64,000 bases of DNA from an uncultured Aquimarina sp. (GCA_947498765.1 CANMLG010000007.1:19547-83546), one strand, 5' to 3'; positions 1 to 9,506 are shown, counted from the stretch's first letter. The notes: a model not told the origin generated them from the sequence alone. Made by a program: numbers and translations.

Positions 1-566
1 ATGTAAAAGAAATAGAGCTTTTAGATGATGCATCGGGAATTTTGGTGAAGAAAATTAAGCCCAATTTTAAAGCTTTAGGGCCGCGTTTTGGGAAGGATAT
101 GAAGTTGATTGCAAATGAAATACAAAAGTTTGAGCAAACTAAAATTACAACACTAGAACAAAAAGGTGAAATCAATTTAGAAATTAATAGCAAAAGTATT
201 ACATTGCAATTGAGTGATGTAGAGATTTCATCACAAGATATTGAAGGTTGGTTAGTGGCCAATGCAAATGGATTAACGGTTGCTTTGGATGTAACTATAA
301 GTCCAGAATTAAAGAAAGAAGGAATAGCAAGGGAGTTAATAAACCGTATTCAAAATTTGCGTAAAGACCAAAAATTTGAAGTAATTGATGCTATAGAAAT
401 TAGCTTTACGACTAATGAAATAATAGAAGAAGCAGTAAAACAAAATAAGGATTATATAAAAACGGAAACTTTAGCAAAAGAGATAGTATTTAAGAAAGAA
501 TTAAATGAAGGTGTAGCTATTGAATTTGATGATATAAAAGCAGAAATTTTTATTAAAAAAATATAA
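1..566 (+). CDS. ileS: Isoleucyl-tRNA synthetase, C-terminal part (5'-truncated by the window edge)
   Basis: The frame is open from position 3 (DVKEIELLDD...). It has the motifs KPNFKALGPRFGKDMK and GIARELINRIQNLRK of type-2 IleRS C-termini, in the usual ileS-dksA-lspA order. Confidence 0.9.
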   Translation, partial: VKEIELLDDASGILVKKIKPNFKALGPRFGKDMKLIANEIQKFEQTKITTLEQKGEINLEINSKSITLQLSDVEISSQDIEGWLVANANGLTVALDVTISPELKKEGIARELINRIQNLRKDQKFEVIDAIEISFTTNEIIEEAVKQNKDYIKTETLAKEIVFKKELNEGVAIEFDDIKAEIFIKKI

Positions 567-571
567 TAATT

Positions 572-958
572 ATGGGACAAGAGATAAAAGAAAGATATTC
601 TGACGAGCATTTAGCTGAATTTAAGGCGATCATTTTAGATAAAATAGCTCATGCTCAACATGATTTAGAATTATTGAAAAGTGCTTATAAAAATGACGGA
701 AACAATGGTACCGATGATACATCGCCAACATTTAAAGCCTTTGAAGAAGGGAGTGAAACTATGTCGAAAGAAGCCAACTCTCAATTAGCGATACGCCAAG
801 AGAAATTTTTACGAGATTTAAAAAATGCTTTGAATCGTATTGAAAATAAAACCTATGGTATTTGTCGTGTAACAGGGAAATTAATAAATCCAGAGCGATT
901 AAAATTAGTTCCTCATGCAACATTGAGTATAGAGGCTAAAAAGATGCAGAAAAAATAA
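572..958 (+). CDS. DksA/TraR-family RNA polymerase-binding factor (Bacteroidota type)
   Basis: Coiled coil followed by ALNRIENKTYGICRVTGKLINPERLKLVPHATLSIEAK; only one of the four usual Zn-binding Cys is kept. Confidence 0.85.
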   Translation: MGQEIKERYSDEHLAEFKAIILDKIAHAQHDLELLKSAYKNDGNNGTDDTSPTFKAFEEGSETMSKEANSQLAIRQEKFLRDLKNALNRIENKTYGICRVTGKLINPERLKLVPHATLSIEAKKMQKK

Positions 959-981
959 AAGAATAAATGGTTTTAAAATGC

Positions 982-1012
982 AACGCTTCCCGTTTTGGAA
1001 GCGTTTGTTTTT
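982..1012 (+). terminator. Intrinsic terminator-like hairpin after the dksA-like gene
   Basis: Perfect 9-bp stem aacgcttcc (982-990) / ggaagcgtt (997-1005) followed by tgttttt. Confidence 0.7.
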
Positions 1013-1017
1013 AGGAG

Positions 1018-1644
1018 TTGGAAATTTTAAGCAAAAAAATGAATTTAAAAAAGGCAACGTTACTAATTTTATTAGTCCTTATAATTGATCAAGTTTCAAA
1101 AATATATGTAAAAACTCACTTTGCTTTAGGTGATTCTTTTGAAGTATTTAGTTGGTTTAAAATTCATTTTGTTGAAAATGAAGGTATGGCTTGGGGGGTT
1201 AAAATTCCAGGATCATATGGCAAATTATTTTTAAGTTTATTTAGGTTAGTGGCTATTTCGGGTATAGGGTATTGGTTATGGGATAGCATTCGCAAAAAGC
1301 AACCAGATTTACTAATTGTATCTATTTCATTAATATTTGCTGGAGCTACAGGGAATATCTTAGATTCTATTTTTCAAGGAATATTTTTTAGTCATAGTAA
1401 TGGACAGGTAGCCACATTTATGCCTGCCGAAGGAGGGTATGCATCGGTTTTTTATGGAAAAGTGGTGGATATGCTTTACTTTCCACTATACGAAGGCATT
1501 TTGCCAGATTGGATTCCGGTTTGGGGAGGTACTTATTTTACCTTTTTTGAGCCTGTTTTTAATGTGGCAGATTCAGCAATTTGTATTGCAGTTATTTTGC
1601 TAATTATATTCAATAAAAAGGTATTTCCCAAAGAGGAAAATTAA
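1018..1644 (+). CDS. lspA: Lipoprotein signal peptidase II (likely start ATG 1039)
   Basis: Motifs IIDQVSK, VENEGMAWG, GATGNILD, VVDM and PVFNVADSAI; membrane-spanning segments. Confidence 0.92.
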   Translation: MEILSKKMNLKKATLLILLVLIIDQVSKIYVKTHFALGDSFEVFSWFKIHFVENEGMAWGVKIPGSYGKLFLSLFRLVAISGIGYWLWDSIRKKQPDLLIVSISLIFAGATGNILDSIFQGIFFSHSNGQVATFMPAEGGYASVFYGKVVDMLYFPLYEGILPDWIPVWGGTYFTFFEPVFNVADSAICIAVILLIIFNKKVFPKEEN

Positions 1645-2048
1645 GAAGCAATCACATTACAGATAGTTTCAAAAGTTTTTAATGAAATAGGCTTGGATAT
1701 ATAATCTTGAACACTATCAATATTTTTTGCTTTTTCAGAATCCATAGGATCAATAGATGAGCTTACTACATATAAACTAGGCTTTAATCCTAGTTTTGAT
1801 TTTATTTGATTGTATTTTTCTAAAAATTCCCATCCATTCATAACAGGCATATTTAAATCTAATAAAATAAGCTCAGGTAATTGTTGGGTTTCTAAATTTT
1901 CTTGATTAAAATAATCCAGCGCTTCTTTTCCGTTTTTAAAAACGATAATATTATCGCATAGTTTTTTTAGCTGAAGTAATTTTTTTACAAGCTTAATATA
2001 TACAGTATCGTCATCGATAATGCAGGTAAGTTTCAATGTTGGGGACAT
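1641..2048 (-). CDS. Stand-alone response regulator receiver (CheY/Rcp1-like)
   Basis: CIIDDD acidic pocket, LILLDLNMPVMNGWEFL with the phospho-Asp, SSS and YISKP motifs; no output domain. Confidence 0.88.
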   Translation of the reverse strand: MSPTLKLTCIIDDDTVYIKLVKKLLQLKKLCDNIIVFKNGKEALDYFNQENLETQQLPELILLDLNMPVMNGWEFLEKYNQIKSKLGLKPSLYVVSSSIDPMDSEKAKNIDSVQDYISKPISLKTFETICNVIAS

Positions 2049-2049
2049 A

Positions 2050-2083
2050 TTGACTAACTTTGTGTTTTGACTAACTTTGTGTT
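2050..2083. repeat. Perfect 17-bp tandem duplication (ttgactaactttgtgtt x2)
   Basis: 2050-2066 is identical to 2067-2083; it lies between the -7 box (2088-2095) and the start codon (2048) of the receiver gene. Confidence 0.95.
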
Positions 2084-2087
2084 AACT

Positions 2088-2095
2088 CAAAGATA
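2088..2095 (-). promoter_or_regulatory. Bacteroidota sigma-A -7 box TATCTTTG for the receiver gene
   Basis: Plus-strand caaagata reads TATCTTTG on the minus strand, an exact TAnnTTTG match. Confidence 0.6.
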
Positions 2096-2133
2096 AAATT
2101 CCCATTCTAGTTTTGCTATGTTTTTTTACAATA

Positions 2134-2697
2134 TTAGATGAAATTGTAAGTTTTGTCGGGCAAAACGCAATAATTCAAAGGAATATCTAGCATATCGGCG
2201 TCATTTATTTTAATTTCGGCTTCAAAAAATGATAATCCAATGCAAAATTTAGGTTTCGAAAGACTTAAAAATCGATCATAAAAACCCTTACCATAGCCAA
2301 CTCGATTGCCTTGTTTGTCAAATGCCAATAGGGGAACAAAAACAACATCAATTTTATTATTAGGTATAGGGATACCATCGATAGGTTCTGGAATACCCCA
2401 TTTATTTAATGTTAGTTTTGTTTGGTCTGTAAGTAAATAATGAGAGAGACTTCCGTCAGAAAAATCACTTTTTGAAATTACAATATGCTTGTCTTTGCCT
2501 TGAAGAATATGAAGTATAAATTCTGTGTCAATTTCTTTTTGAGCCGTAATGGGTAAAAAAATATGATAATATTGGTAATTCCAAATGTTAAGTTGTAATA
2601 ATTGATTAGCTATAGCTATGCTTTTTTCTTCAATTTCCGTCGGAGATAATTGTTGGCGTAATGCTTTATATTTTTTCCGAAGTTCGGCTTTAGTCAT
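2134..2697 (-). CDS. ygfA: 5-formyltetrahydrofolate cyclo-ligase
   Basis: N-terminal KAELRKKYK, WGIPEP and VVFVPLLAFDKQGNRVGYGKGFYDRFL motifs. Confidence 0.93.
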   Translation of the reverse strand: MTKAELRKKYKALRQQLSPTEIEEKSIAIANQLLQLNIWNYQYYHIFLPITAQKEIDTEFILHILQGKDKHIVISKSDFSDGSLSHYLLTDQTKLTLNKWGIPEPIDGIPIPNNKIDVVFVPLLAFDKQGNRVGYGKGFYDRFLSLSKPKFCIGLSFFEAEIKINDADMLDIPLNYCVLPDKTYNFI

Positions 2698-3664
2698 TTG
2701 TCTTTTTTTTATCGTTGCTTATATGAAAAATAGCATCACCTTGGTAAACAATAGGAGCTTCATTAGTATTAATAATATAGCCATTATTGGATGCTTTTAC
2801 CACATGCCTTTTTGTTCCATAAGGATCAGTAATTGTAGCTAATTCATCTCCTTTTTTTACAAAAGCACCACAAGGTATTTTAAGGTGAAGCAAGCCACTG
2901 TATTTAGCTCTTATCCAGTGACTATTTTCAATAATAACAGAATTAAATTTAGGAGTTTCAATTTTAAAAACGGATTGTAACATTCCTAAATGATCTAAAA
3001 CACGTAGCGTACCTTCGAGGCCTTCTTTAGCAATTTTTTTGTCATTTGAAAGCGATTTCCCACCTTCAAATAATAAAATTGTTTTTTCTTTTTTTGCACA
3101 AGTGGCTCGGTAAGACTTGTCAATATTTTTTGAATACAAAAGGAAAGGAGCGTTAAAAACATGAGCTAATTTTAAGCTAGTTTCATTGTTTTTAGATATT
3201 CTAATTTGTGGTGCATTGTATCTGCTAGCTCCTCCAGTATGAAAATCAATACAAATGTCCGCATGAGGTAAAATTTCGGTGGTAAACTGGTAGGCAAATT
3301 GGCTGGCAAGTGATCCATTTTTTGAACCAGGAAACACTCGATTTAAATCGCGTCCATCTGGAAAATTTCGACTCATAGATAAAAACCCAAAAACATTTAG
3401 CACAGGAATACAAATAATAGTCCCTTTAGCAGGTCTATTTATTTTTTTTTGAATAAGTTGTCTAACAATTTCAACACCATTAATTTCATCGCCGTGTATT
3501 CCAGCGGTAATGAGAACTACTGGGCCAGGTTTTTTTGATCGTTCAACAATAATTGGGATTTCAACTTTAGTTGAGGTGTATAGCTTGGCTATATTTAAAT
3601 TGATAGTTTTTCGTTGTCCTAACTTAATTTCTTGTCCTAAAATATTTAAAATATCTGTATCCAT
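2690..3664 (-). CDS. Succinylglutamate desuccinylase/aspartoacylase-family (M14-like) Zn hydrolase
   Basis: GIHGDEINGVE, RDLNRVFPG and IDFHTGG motifs plus a C-terminal biotinyl-lipoyl-like segment. Confidence 0.88.
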   Translation of the reverse strand: MDTDILNILGQEIKLGQRKTINLNIAKLYTSTKVEIPIIVERSKKPGPVVLITAGIHGDEINGVEIVRQLIQKKINRPAKGTIICIPVLNVFGFLSMSRNFPDGRDLNRVFPGSKNGSLASQFAYQFTTEILPHADICIDFHTGGASRYNAPQIRISKNNETSLKLAHVFNAPFLLYSKNIDKSYRATCAKKEKTILLFEGGKSLSNDKKIAKEGLEGTLRVLDHLGMLQSVFKIETPKFNSVIIENSHWIRAKYSGLLHLKIPCGAFVKKGDELATITDPYGTKRHVVKASNNGYIINTNEAPIVYQGDAIFHISNDKKKTND

Positions 3665-3667
3665 TCA

Positions 3668-4540
3668 TTAAATATTTTTTTCAATATATCTAATAATAGT
3701 TTTGGCAATGTCTTTTTTTGTGGCCTTTTCAATGCCTTCAAGTCCAGGAGATGAATTTACTTCTAAAATCAAAGGGCCTCTTTCGCTCTGAAGCATATCT
3801 ACACCTGCCACACCTAATCCAAGTGCTTTGGCCGCTTTTATAGCTGCAATTTCTTCTTCATCACTAAGTTCAATAATGCTGGCTTTTCCTCCTTGGTGTA
3901 AATTAGATCTAAACTCACCATCTTTACCCTGTCTTTTCATGGCGCCAACAACATGGCCGTCCACAACAAAAGCTCTAATATCTGCTCCCTTGGCTTCTTT
4001 AACAAATTCTTGGACAATAACTCGAGCTTGTAAGCCATTAAAAGCTTCAATTACAGATTTTGCGGCATTGGTGGTTTCGGCTAAAACAACGCCTAAGCCT
4101 TGAGTGCCTTCTAATAATTTAATAATTAATGGAGCACCACCCACGTGATTAATAACTTCGTCAACGTTTTTTGAATAGTTTGTAAAAATAGTTTTTGGTA
4201 AGCCTAATTTTGCTTTGGTTAAAATTTGTAAGCTTTGGAGCTTATCGCGCGAAAGCACTAGTGCTTGAGAGCCTACTGTAGTCATAACTCCCATCATTTC
4301 AAATTGACGGACAACAGCCGTACCATAATAAGTTATAGATGCACCAATCCTAGGAATAACAGCATCTACCGATTCTAGTTTTTTACCTTTGTAATAAATG
4401 GCAGGGTTTTTCTTTTCAATAACAATGTCGCAATTTATTGGATCAATAATACGAACATTATGTTTTCGCTTTATGGCTGCTTGGGCTAAGGCGTCGGTGC
4501 TATACAAACTAGCGCTACGAGATAAGATAACAATATTCAT
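3668..4540 (-). CDS. rimK: RimK alpha-L-glutamate ligase (ATP-grasp)
   Basis: DAVIPRIGAS, KLLEGTQGLGVVLAET, EFRSNLHQGG and LEVNSSPGLEGIE motifs. Confidence 0.93.
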   Translation of the reverse strand: MNIVILSRSASLYSTDALAQAAIKRKHNVRIIDPINCDIVIEKKNPAIYYKGKKLESVDAVIPRIGASITYYGTAVVRQFEMMGVMTTVGSQALVLSRDKLQSLQILTKAKLGLPKTIFTNYSKNVDEVINHVGGAPLIIKLLEGTQGLGVVLAETTNAAKSVIEAFNGLQARVIVQEFVKEAKGADIRAFVVDGHVVGAMKRQGKDGEFRSNLHQGGKASIIELSDEEEIAAIKAAKALGLGVAGVDMLQSERGPLILEVNSSPGLEGIEKATKKDIAKTIIRYIEKNI

Positions 4541-4971
4541 AAATTATTTTTTAGGCCATATGATAAGTTAAGTTGCTTAGGATCTATAATAAATTTTCCG
4601 CTTAGAAATTTACGGCCAATTAAAACAGGGAAACGCATCTTGTCTCGATCATTTAAAGTTAGTGTAATAGGATATGTTTTGTCAAATAAATTGATTTTTG
4701 TTTTTATGGCATATCTTTTAGCAGCTATGCCATTACTGCTTTTTACAACAGTAGTTTTATAAGCGCTAAATGTAATTTTTTTTCTAATAATTTGCTTGTC
4801 TATTACATCATAAAATTCGCAATGTAGCAGATTATTAATTTCAATAACATTTTTACAATGAATGCTTGAAGTGTAAGCACCACTATCAATTTTTATAGAT
4901 ACATCATTGAGTGGTATTTCAGGAAAATCGGCAATATCTGATCGTCCAATAATAATTTTTTTATTTTCCAA
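4537..4971 (-). CDS. RimK-associated retropepsin-like protease (RimB/DUF785 type)
   Basis: KIDSGAYTSSIH catalytic motif and MRFPVLIGRKFL; first gene of the rimK operon. Confidence 0.8.
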   Translation of the reverse strand: MENKKIIIGRSDIADFPEIPLNDVSIKIDSGAYTSSIHCKNVIEINNLLHCEFYDVIDKQIIRKKITFSAYKTTVVKSSNGIAAKRYAIKTKINLFDKTYPITLTLNDRDKMRFPVLIGRKFLSGKFIIDPKQLNLSYGLKNNL

Positions 4972-5332
4972 ATGATTTTGTGGTATAAGAACTCGAAAAA
5001 GGTATTTTTTTAAACCTGAATTACAATCTAAATTTAGTAATCAAATTTTAAAAGTAAAAATACAAAGGGGCAATAATATCTAAAAGTCTTTTAATATTTG
5101 AAGTTGGTTTAAAGTGTAATGTGAATTTATTTTAAAATAAATGGATTTAAGGGTAGGGTAAATTTAAAGTGAGGCGTTATATATATGTATTTTGATTGGT
5201 TTTAGTATTTATTTGGTTTTTATTAAGTTTTAAGACTTTAAAGAAATTCGAATAGGTTAAAATCTGAAAAAAGTAAAATATAGTGTGTTTAGTTTTAGAG
5301 TTTTATCTATACCGTTGAAACTCTTTGGTAGT

Positions 5333-5369
5333 CCTCCCTTTCTATTTCAATAGTTAGGGAGGTTTTTTT
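5333..5369 (+). terminator. Intrinsic terminator with no annotated plus-strand gene upstream
   Basis: Stem cctccct (5333-5339) / agggagg (5356-5362) followed by 7 T. Confidence 0.6.
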
Positions 5370-5437
5370 ATAAATAGTAAGTAATATACATTTACTTAAT
5401 TAGTATATCAAAAAAGCTTGAAGTCAGCAGATAATTT

Positions 5438-5445
5438 TATCTTTG
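5438..5445 (+). promoter_or_regulatory. -7 box TATCTTTG just before uvrC (near-leaderless mRNA)
   Basis: Exact TAnnTTTG ending 4 nt before ATG 5450; TTG at 5418-5420 is a possible -33 element. Confidence 0.6.
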
Positions 5446-5449
5446 AATA

Positions 5450-7240
5450 ATGGATATTTCGGCCATAGATTTACAAGTAAAGGTGCTGCCTAGTGCACCT
5501 GGTGTTTATCAATATTTTGATAAAGAAGGGCGTATTTTGTATATAGGTAAGGCTAAAAACTTAAAAAAAAGAGTTGGTTCTTATTTTACAAAAAATCATG
5601 ATAGTGCGCGTTTGCGCATTTTGGTTCGGAAAATTGTAAGTATAAAACATATTGTTGTTAATACAGAATCTGATGCGTTATTACTGGAAAACACACTTAT
5701 TAAAAAACATCAACCACGCTATAACATTTTACTTAAGGATGATAAATCTTATCCTTGGATTTGTATAAAAAAAGAACGTTTTCCTCGGGTGTTCAGTACT
5801 CGAAGGATTGTTAAGGATGGTTCAGAATATTTTGGTCCATATACAAATAAGAATGTATTGTATACATTACTAAATTTAATAAAAGAATTATATCCTTTGC
5901 GCACATGTAGTTATGATTTGTCTTCATCAAATATTCAATCGGGGAAATATAAGGTTTGTTTGGAGTATCATTTAAAAAATTGTAATGGGCCATGTGAGGA
6001 TTATGAGTCTGAAGATCAATATAAAAGATATGTTTCAGCAGTGCGGAATATATTAAAAGGGAACTTTAAGGATTCTATTCAGTCTTTTAATAAACAAATG
6101 CTATTACATGCCAAGGCCATGGAATTTGAACAAGCACAGCAATATAAGTTAAAAATTGAAGCCCTTCAAAATTACCAATCAAAATCAACAGTGGTAAGTG
6201 CTAAAATTAGTAATGTTGATATATTTAGTATTGAGAGTGATGAAAGTTATGCCTATGTAAATTTTATGCAAGTGCATTATGGATCGGTAGTACGTTCACA
6301 TACCACCGAAATTAAAAAGAAGTTAGAAGAAACAGATGCTGAAATTTTAGAACTAGCAGTAGTGGAATTTAGAACCCGATTTAAATCGCTTTCGCGAGAA
6401 GTTTTACTTCCTTTTCCTGTAGCTGTACCAGAGGGGTTAAAAGTAACCGTGCCTCAGTTAGGAGATAAAAAAAAGCTAATTGATCTTTCATTACGTAATG
6501 CAAAATATAGCAGGCAAGAGCGTTTTAAACAAATAAAAATAGTAGATCCAGAGAGGCATACCAAGCGCATGTTAGCTCAAATTCAGAAAGATTTACGCTT
6601 ACCTGCGTTACCCGAACATATGGAATGTTTTGATAATTCAAATATTCAAGGAACAAATCCCGTAGCGGCATGTGTAGTATTTAAAAATGCCAAGCCAAGC
6701 AAAAAGGATTATCGAAAGTTTACTATTAAAACAGTTGAAGGGCCTGATGATTTTGCCTCCATGGAAGAGGTAGTATATCGAAGGTATAAGCGCTTATTAG
6801 ATGAAGGGGAGTCTTTACCGCAATTAATTATCGTAGATGGAGGTAAGGGACAATTATCATCTGGATTAAAAGCCTTAGATCAGTTAGGTATTAGAGGGAA
6901 AGTAACTATAGTGGGCATTGCAAAACGTTTAGAAGAAATTTACTATCCAGGTGATTCTTATCCCTTATATTTAGATAAAAAATCGGAGAGCTTAAAAGTG
7001 ATCCAGCATATGCGAAATGAAGCCCATCGTTTTGGGATTACATTTCATAGGCAAAAACGAAGTAAAGCGGCATTGGAAACAGAATTAGATACTATTCCAG
7101 GTATTGGTGAAAAAACAGCCATTGCTTTGTTAAAACATTTTAGATCAGTAACACGGATTAAAACGGCAAAAAAATCAGAATTAGTTGAAATTGTAGGTGT
7201 ATCAAAAGCTCAAAAAATTATTGATTATTATAAGGATTAA
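5450..7240 (+). CDS. uvrC: Excinuclease ABC subunit C
   Basis: GIY-YIG (PGVYQYFD...LYIGKAKNLKKRV), ECFDNSNIQG, VDGGKGQL and a C-terminal HhH (IPGIGEK). Confidence 0.97.
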   Translation: MDISAIDLQVKVLPSAPGVYQYFDKEGRILYIGKAKNLKKRVGSYFTKNHDSARLRILVRKIVSIKHIVVNTESDALLLENTLIKKHQPRYNILLKDDKSYPWICIKKERFPRVFSTRRIVKDGSEYFGPYTNKNVLYTLLNLIKELYPLRTCSYDLSSSNIQSGKYKVCLEYHLKNCNGPCEDYESEDQYKRYVSAVRNILKGNFKDSIQSFNKQMLLHAKAMEFEQAQQYKLKIEALQNYQSKSTVVSAKISNVDIFSIESDESYAYVNFMQVHYGSVVRSHTTEIKKKLEETDAEILELAVVEFRTRFKSLSREVLLPFPVAVPEGLKVTVPQLGDKKKLIDLSLRNAKYSRQERFKQIKIVDPERHTKRMLAQIQKDLRLPALPEHMECFDNSNIQGTNPVAACVVFKNAKPSKKDYRKFTIKTVEGPDDFASMEEVVYRRYKRLLDEGESLPQLIIVDGGKGQLSSGLKALDQLGIRGKVTIVGIAKRLEEIYYPGDSYPLYLDKKSESLKVIQHMRNEAHRFGITFHRQKRSKAALETELDTIPGIGEKTAIALLKHFRSVTRIKTAKKSELVEIVGVSKAQKIIDYYKD

Positions 7241-9506
7241 CAACCAATTGAATACAAGTGTTTTGAAGTATTTCTTTATTTTACTAAGTACTTTTTTCTG
7301 TTTGCTTAACGCAGAAGCACAACAGCAACAAAAAGATACTACTGATTTAAAAGTAGGTTTAGTATTAAGTGGAGGTGGAGCAAAAGGTTTAGCGCATATT
7401 GGTGCGTTAAAAGTAATTGATGAAGCAGGAATTCGGTTGGATTATATTTCGGGTTCAAGTATGGGGGCGATTGTGGGTGGTTTGTACGCTTCGGGCTATA
7501 CCGCAAATCAATTAGATTCCCTTTTTCATACTGTTAACTTTAATAATCTTATTCAAGATATACTTCCCAGAGGAAGCAAAACATTTTATGAAAAGGAAGA
7601 TGATGAAAAATATGCCCTAACCTTGCCCATTGTTAAAAATAAAGTAAGCCTTCCTAAAGGGATTTCTAATGGACAAAACTTTTATAATTTTTATTCGAAA
7701 TTAACCACTCATGTAAGGCATATTAATGATTTTAGTGAGTTGCCTGTTCCATTTTTTTGTACGGGAACAGATATTGAAACGGGCGAAGGACTTATTTTTG
7801 ATAAAGGATATTTACCCGATGTTGTAGCCGCTAGTGGTGCATTGCCCACAGTGTACAGTCCAGTAAAATTTAATGGGCGTTTGATTACCGATGGAGGTGT
7901 AACTAATAACTATCCTGTTGAAGAAATTAAAAAACGCGGTGTAGAAATGATTATTGGTGTCGATGTTCAGGATACATTAATGAATAAAAAGCAGCTCAAT
8001 ACAGTAACTGATATTATGCTGCAGATAAGCAATTTTAGGACAATTAAAGCCATGAAACGCAAGCAACCGCTTACCGATGTATATATAAAACCAGATATTA
8101 AAGCTTATTCGGTAGTTAGTTTTGATCAAGGGGATAAAATTATTGAGGAGGGAGAAAAAAGCGCTAGAGAGCAATTACCTATTTTAAAGGAAATAGCGAC
8201 AAAACAATCATTATCAATTAAAAGAAAAAAAGTTGAACCAACTAAAGATATTTTAGCCGTTTTTTTAGATATAGATGGACATAAGCGTTTTACAAGGGCA
8301 TATATAAAAGGAAAGTTACGACTAAAAACACCTTCTTTTGTAAGTTTAGATGAATTGAATCAAGGTTTAGATAATTTATATAGTACTGGGAATTTTGAAC
8401 GTATTCGATATAAAATTAAACCAAAGAGTCCGTTGGATAGTGAAGTTCGAATAAAAGTTGAAGAAAGTCCAGTAAAAAGTTTTGTGCGTTTCGGATTGCA
8501 TTATGATAATTTATATAAATCAGCAGCATTAGTTAATTATACACGTAAAAATTTATTTTTTAAAAGTGACGTATTATCACTGGATGCTATTTTAGGCGAT
8601 AAGCCTAGGTATAATATTGATTATTATATTGACAAAGGATATTATTGGAGTGTTGGAATTAAACATAGGCTTTATCAGTATGAAAAGCCTTTAGATTTTA
8701 CTTTTGTTAGAAGCCGATTAAATTTACCCGATCTTCCAATTAATTTTATTGATTTTGAAACCTTAGATATAACTAGTCAATTGTACTTAGAAACTATTCT
8801 AGGACAAAAATTTGGTTTTAGAATTGGATTAGAGCATAAATTTTTAAAAAATTCTACTGAAACTATTGGCGAAGATAGTGATCAAGTTCCAGGGACTGTT
8901 TTTTCGAGTGTGAATTATTATAGTGCCTATGCAGCTATTAAATATGATAGTTTTGATGATAAATATTTTCCGAAAAAAGGAGTTTTTTTTGAAGGCTCAT
9001 TTACAGGATATCCATTTTCGTCTATACCCATAGCAGAGTTTGAGGAGTTTGCGGTAACAAAGTTGTCTTTAAATTATGCCATTCCCATAACTACTCATTT
9101 TTCTGGATTATTACAGGCTGAAAGTGGTATACGTTTAGGGAATACTACAGGAGTAAATTCATTGGATTTTTTTGTGGGAGGTTTTGGTTCAAAATTAATT
9201 AACAATCAAGTGCCGTTTTATGGATATGATTTTTTACAACTTTCGGGTGAAAGTTACGTTAAAGGTTTAGTACAATTAGATTATAATTTTTGGAATAAGC
9301 ACCATTTAAATGCGGCCGCTAATTTTGCTAATGTTGGCGATGAAATTTTTAATATTAAAGAAATCATTGATTTAAAAGGTTTTTCGGGTTATGCATTAGG
9401 TTATGGGTATAATTCACCCATTGGGCCAATACAAGTTAAATATTCTTTTTCAGATGATCCAAGCTCAACATCAAAAGTTTTTTTTAGTGTTGGCTACTGG
9501 TTCTAG
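7197..9506 (+). CDS. Patatin-like phospholipase with POTRA and C-terminal beta-barrel (PlpD-like); likely start TTG 7263
   Basis: LSGGGAKGLAHIG, GSSMG nucleophile and DGG motifs; amphipathic strands ending FFSVGYWF. A signal peptide appears if translation starts at 7263. Confidence 0.85.
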   Translation: MYQKLKKLLIIIRINNQLNTSVLKYFFILLSTFFCLLNAEAQQQQKDTTDLKVGLVLSGGGAKGLAHIGALKVIDEAGIRLDYISGSSMGAIVGGLYASGYTANQLDSLFHTVNFNNLIQDILPRGSKTFYEKEDDEKYALTLPIVKNKVSLPKGISNGQNFYNFYSKLTTHVRHINDFSELPVPFFCTGTDIETGEGLIFDKGYLPDVVAASGALPTVYSPVKFNGRLITDGGVTNNYPVEEIKKRGVEMIIGVDVQDTLMNKKQLNTVTDIMLQISNFRTIKAMKRKQPLTDVYIKPDIKAYSVVSFDQGDKIIEEGEKSAREQLPILKEIATKQSLSIKRKKVEPTKDILAVFLDIDGHKRFTRAYIKGKLRLKTPSFVSLDELNQGLDNLYSTGNFERIRYKIKPKSPLDSEVRIKVEESPVKSFVRFGLHYDNLYKSAALVNYTRKNLFFKSDVLSLDAILGDKPRYNIDYYIDKGYYWSVGIKHRLYQYEKPLDFTFVRSRLNLPDLPINFIDFETLDITSQLYLETILGQKFGFRIGLEHKFLKNSTETIGEDSDQVPGTVFSSVNYYSAYAAIKYDSFDDKYFPKKGVFFEGSFTGYPFSSIPIAEFEEFAVTKLSLNYAIPITTHFSGLLQAESGIRLGNTTGVNSLDFFVGGFGSKLINNQVPFYGYDFLQLSGESYVKGLVQLDYNFWNKHHLNAAANFANVGDEIFNIKEIIDLKGFSGYALGYGYNSPIGPIQVKYSFSDDPSSTSKVFFSVGYWF

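Noticed and set aside
572-958. DksA-like protein keeps only one of four Zn-finger cysteines
   Set aside because: Zn-free DksA variants are established and this form is usual at the Bacteroidota ileS-lspA locus, so it is not novel.
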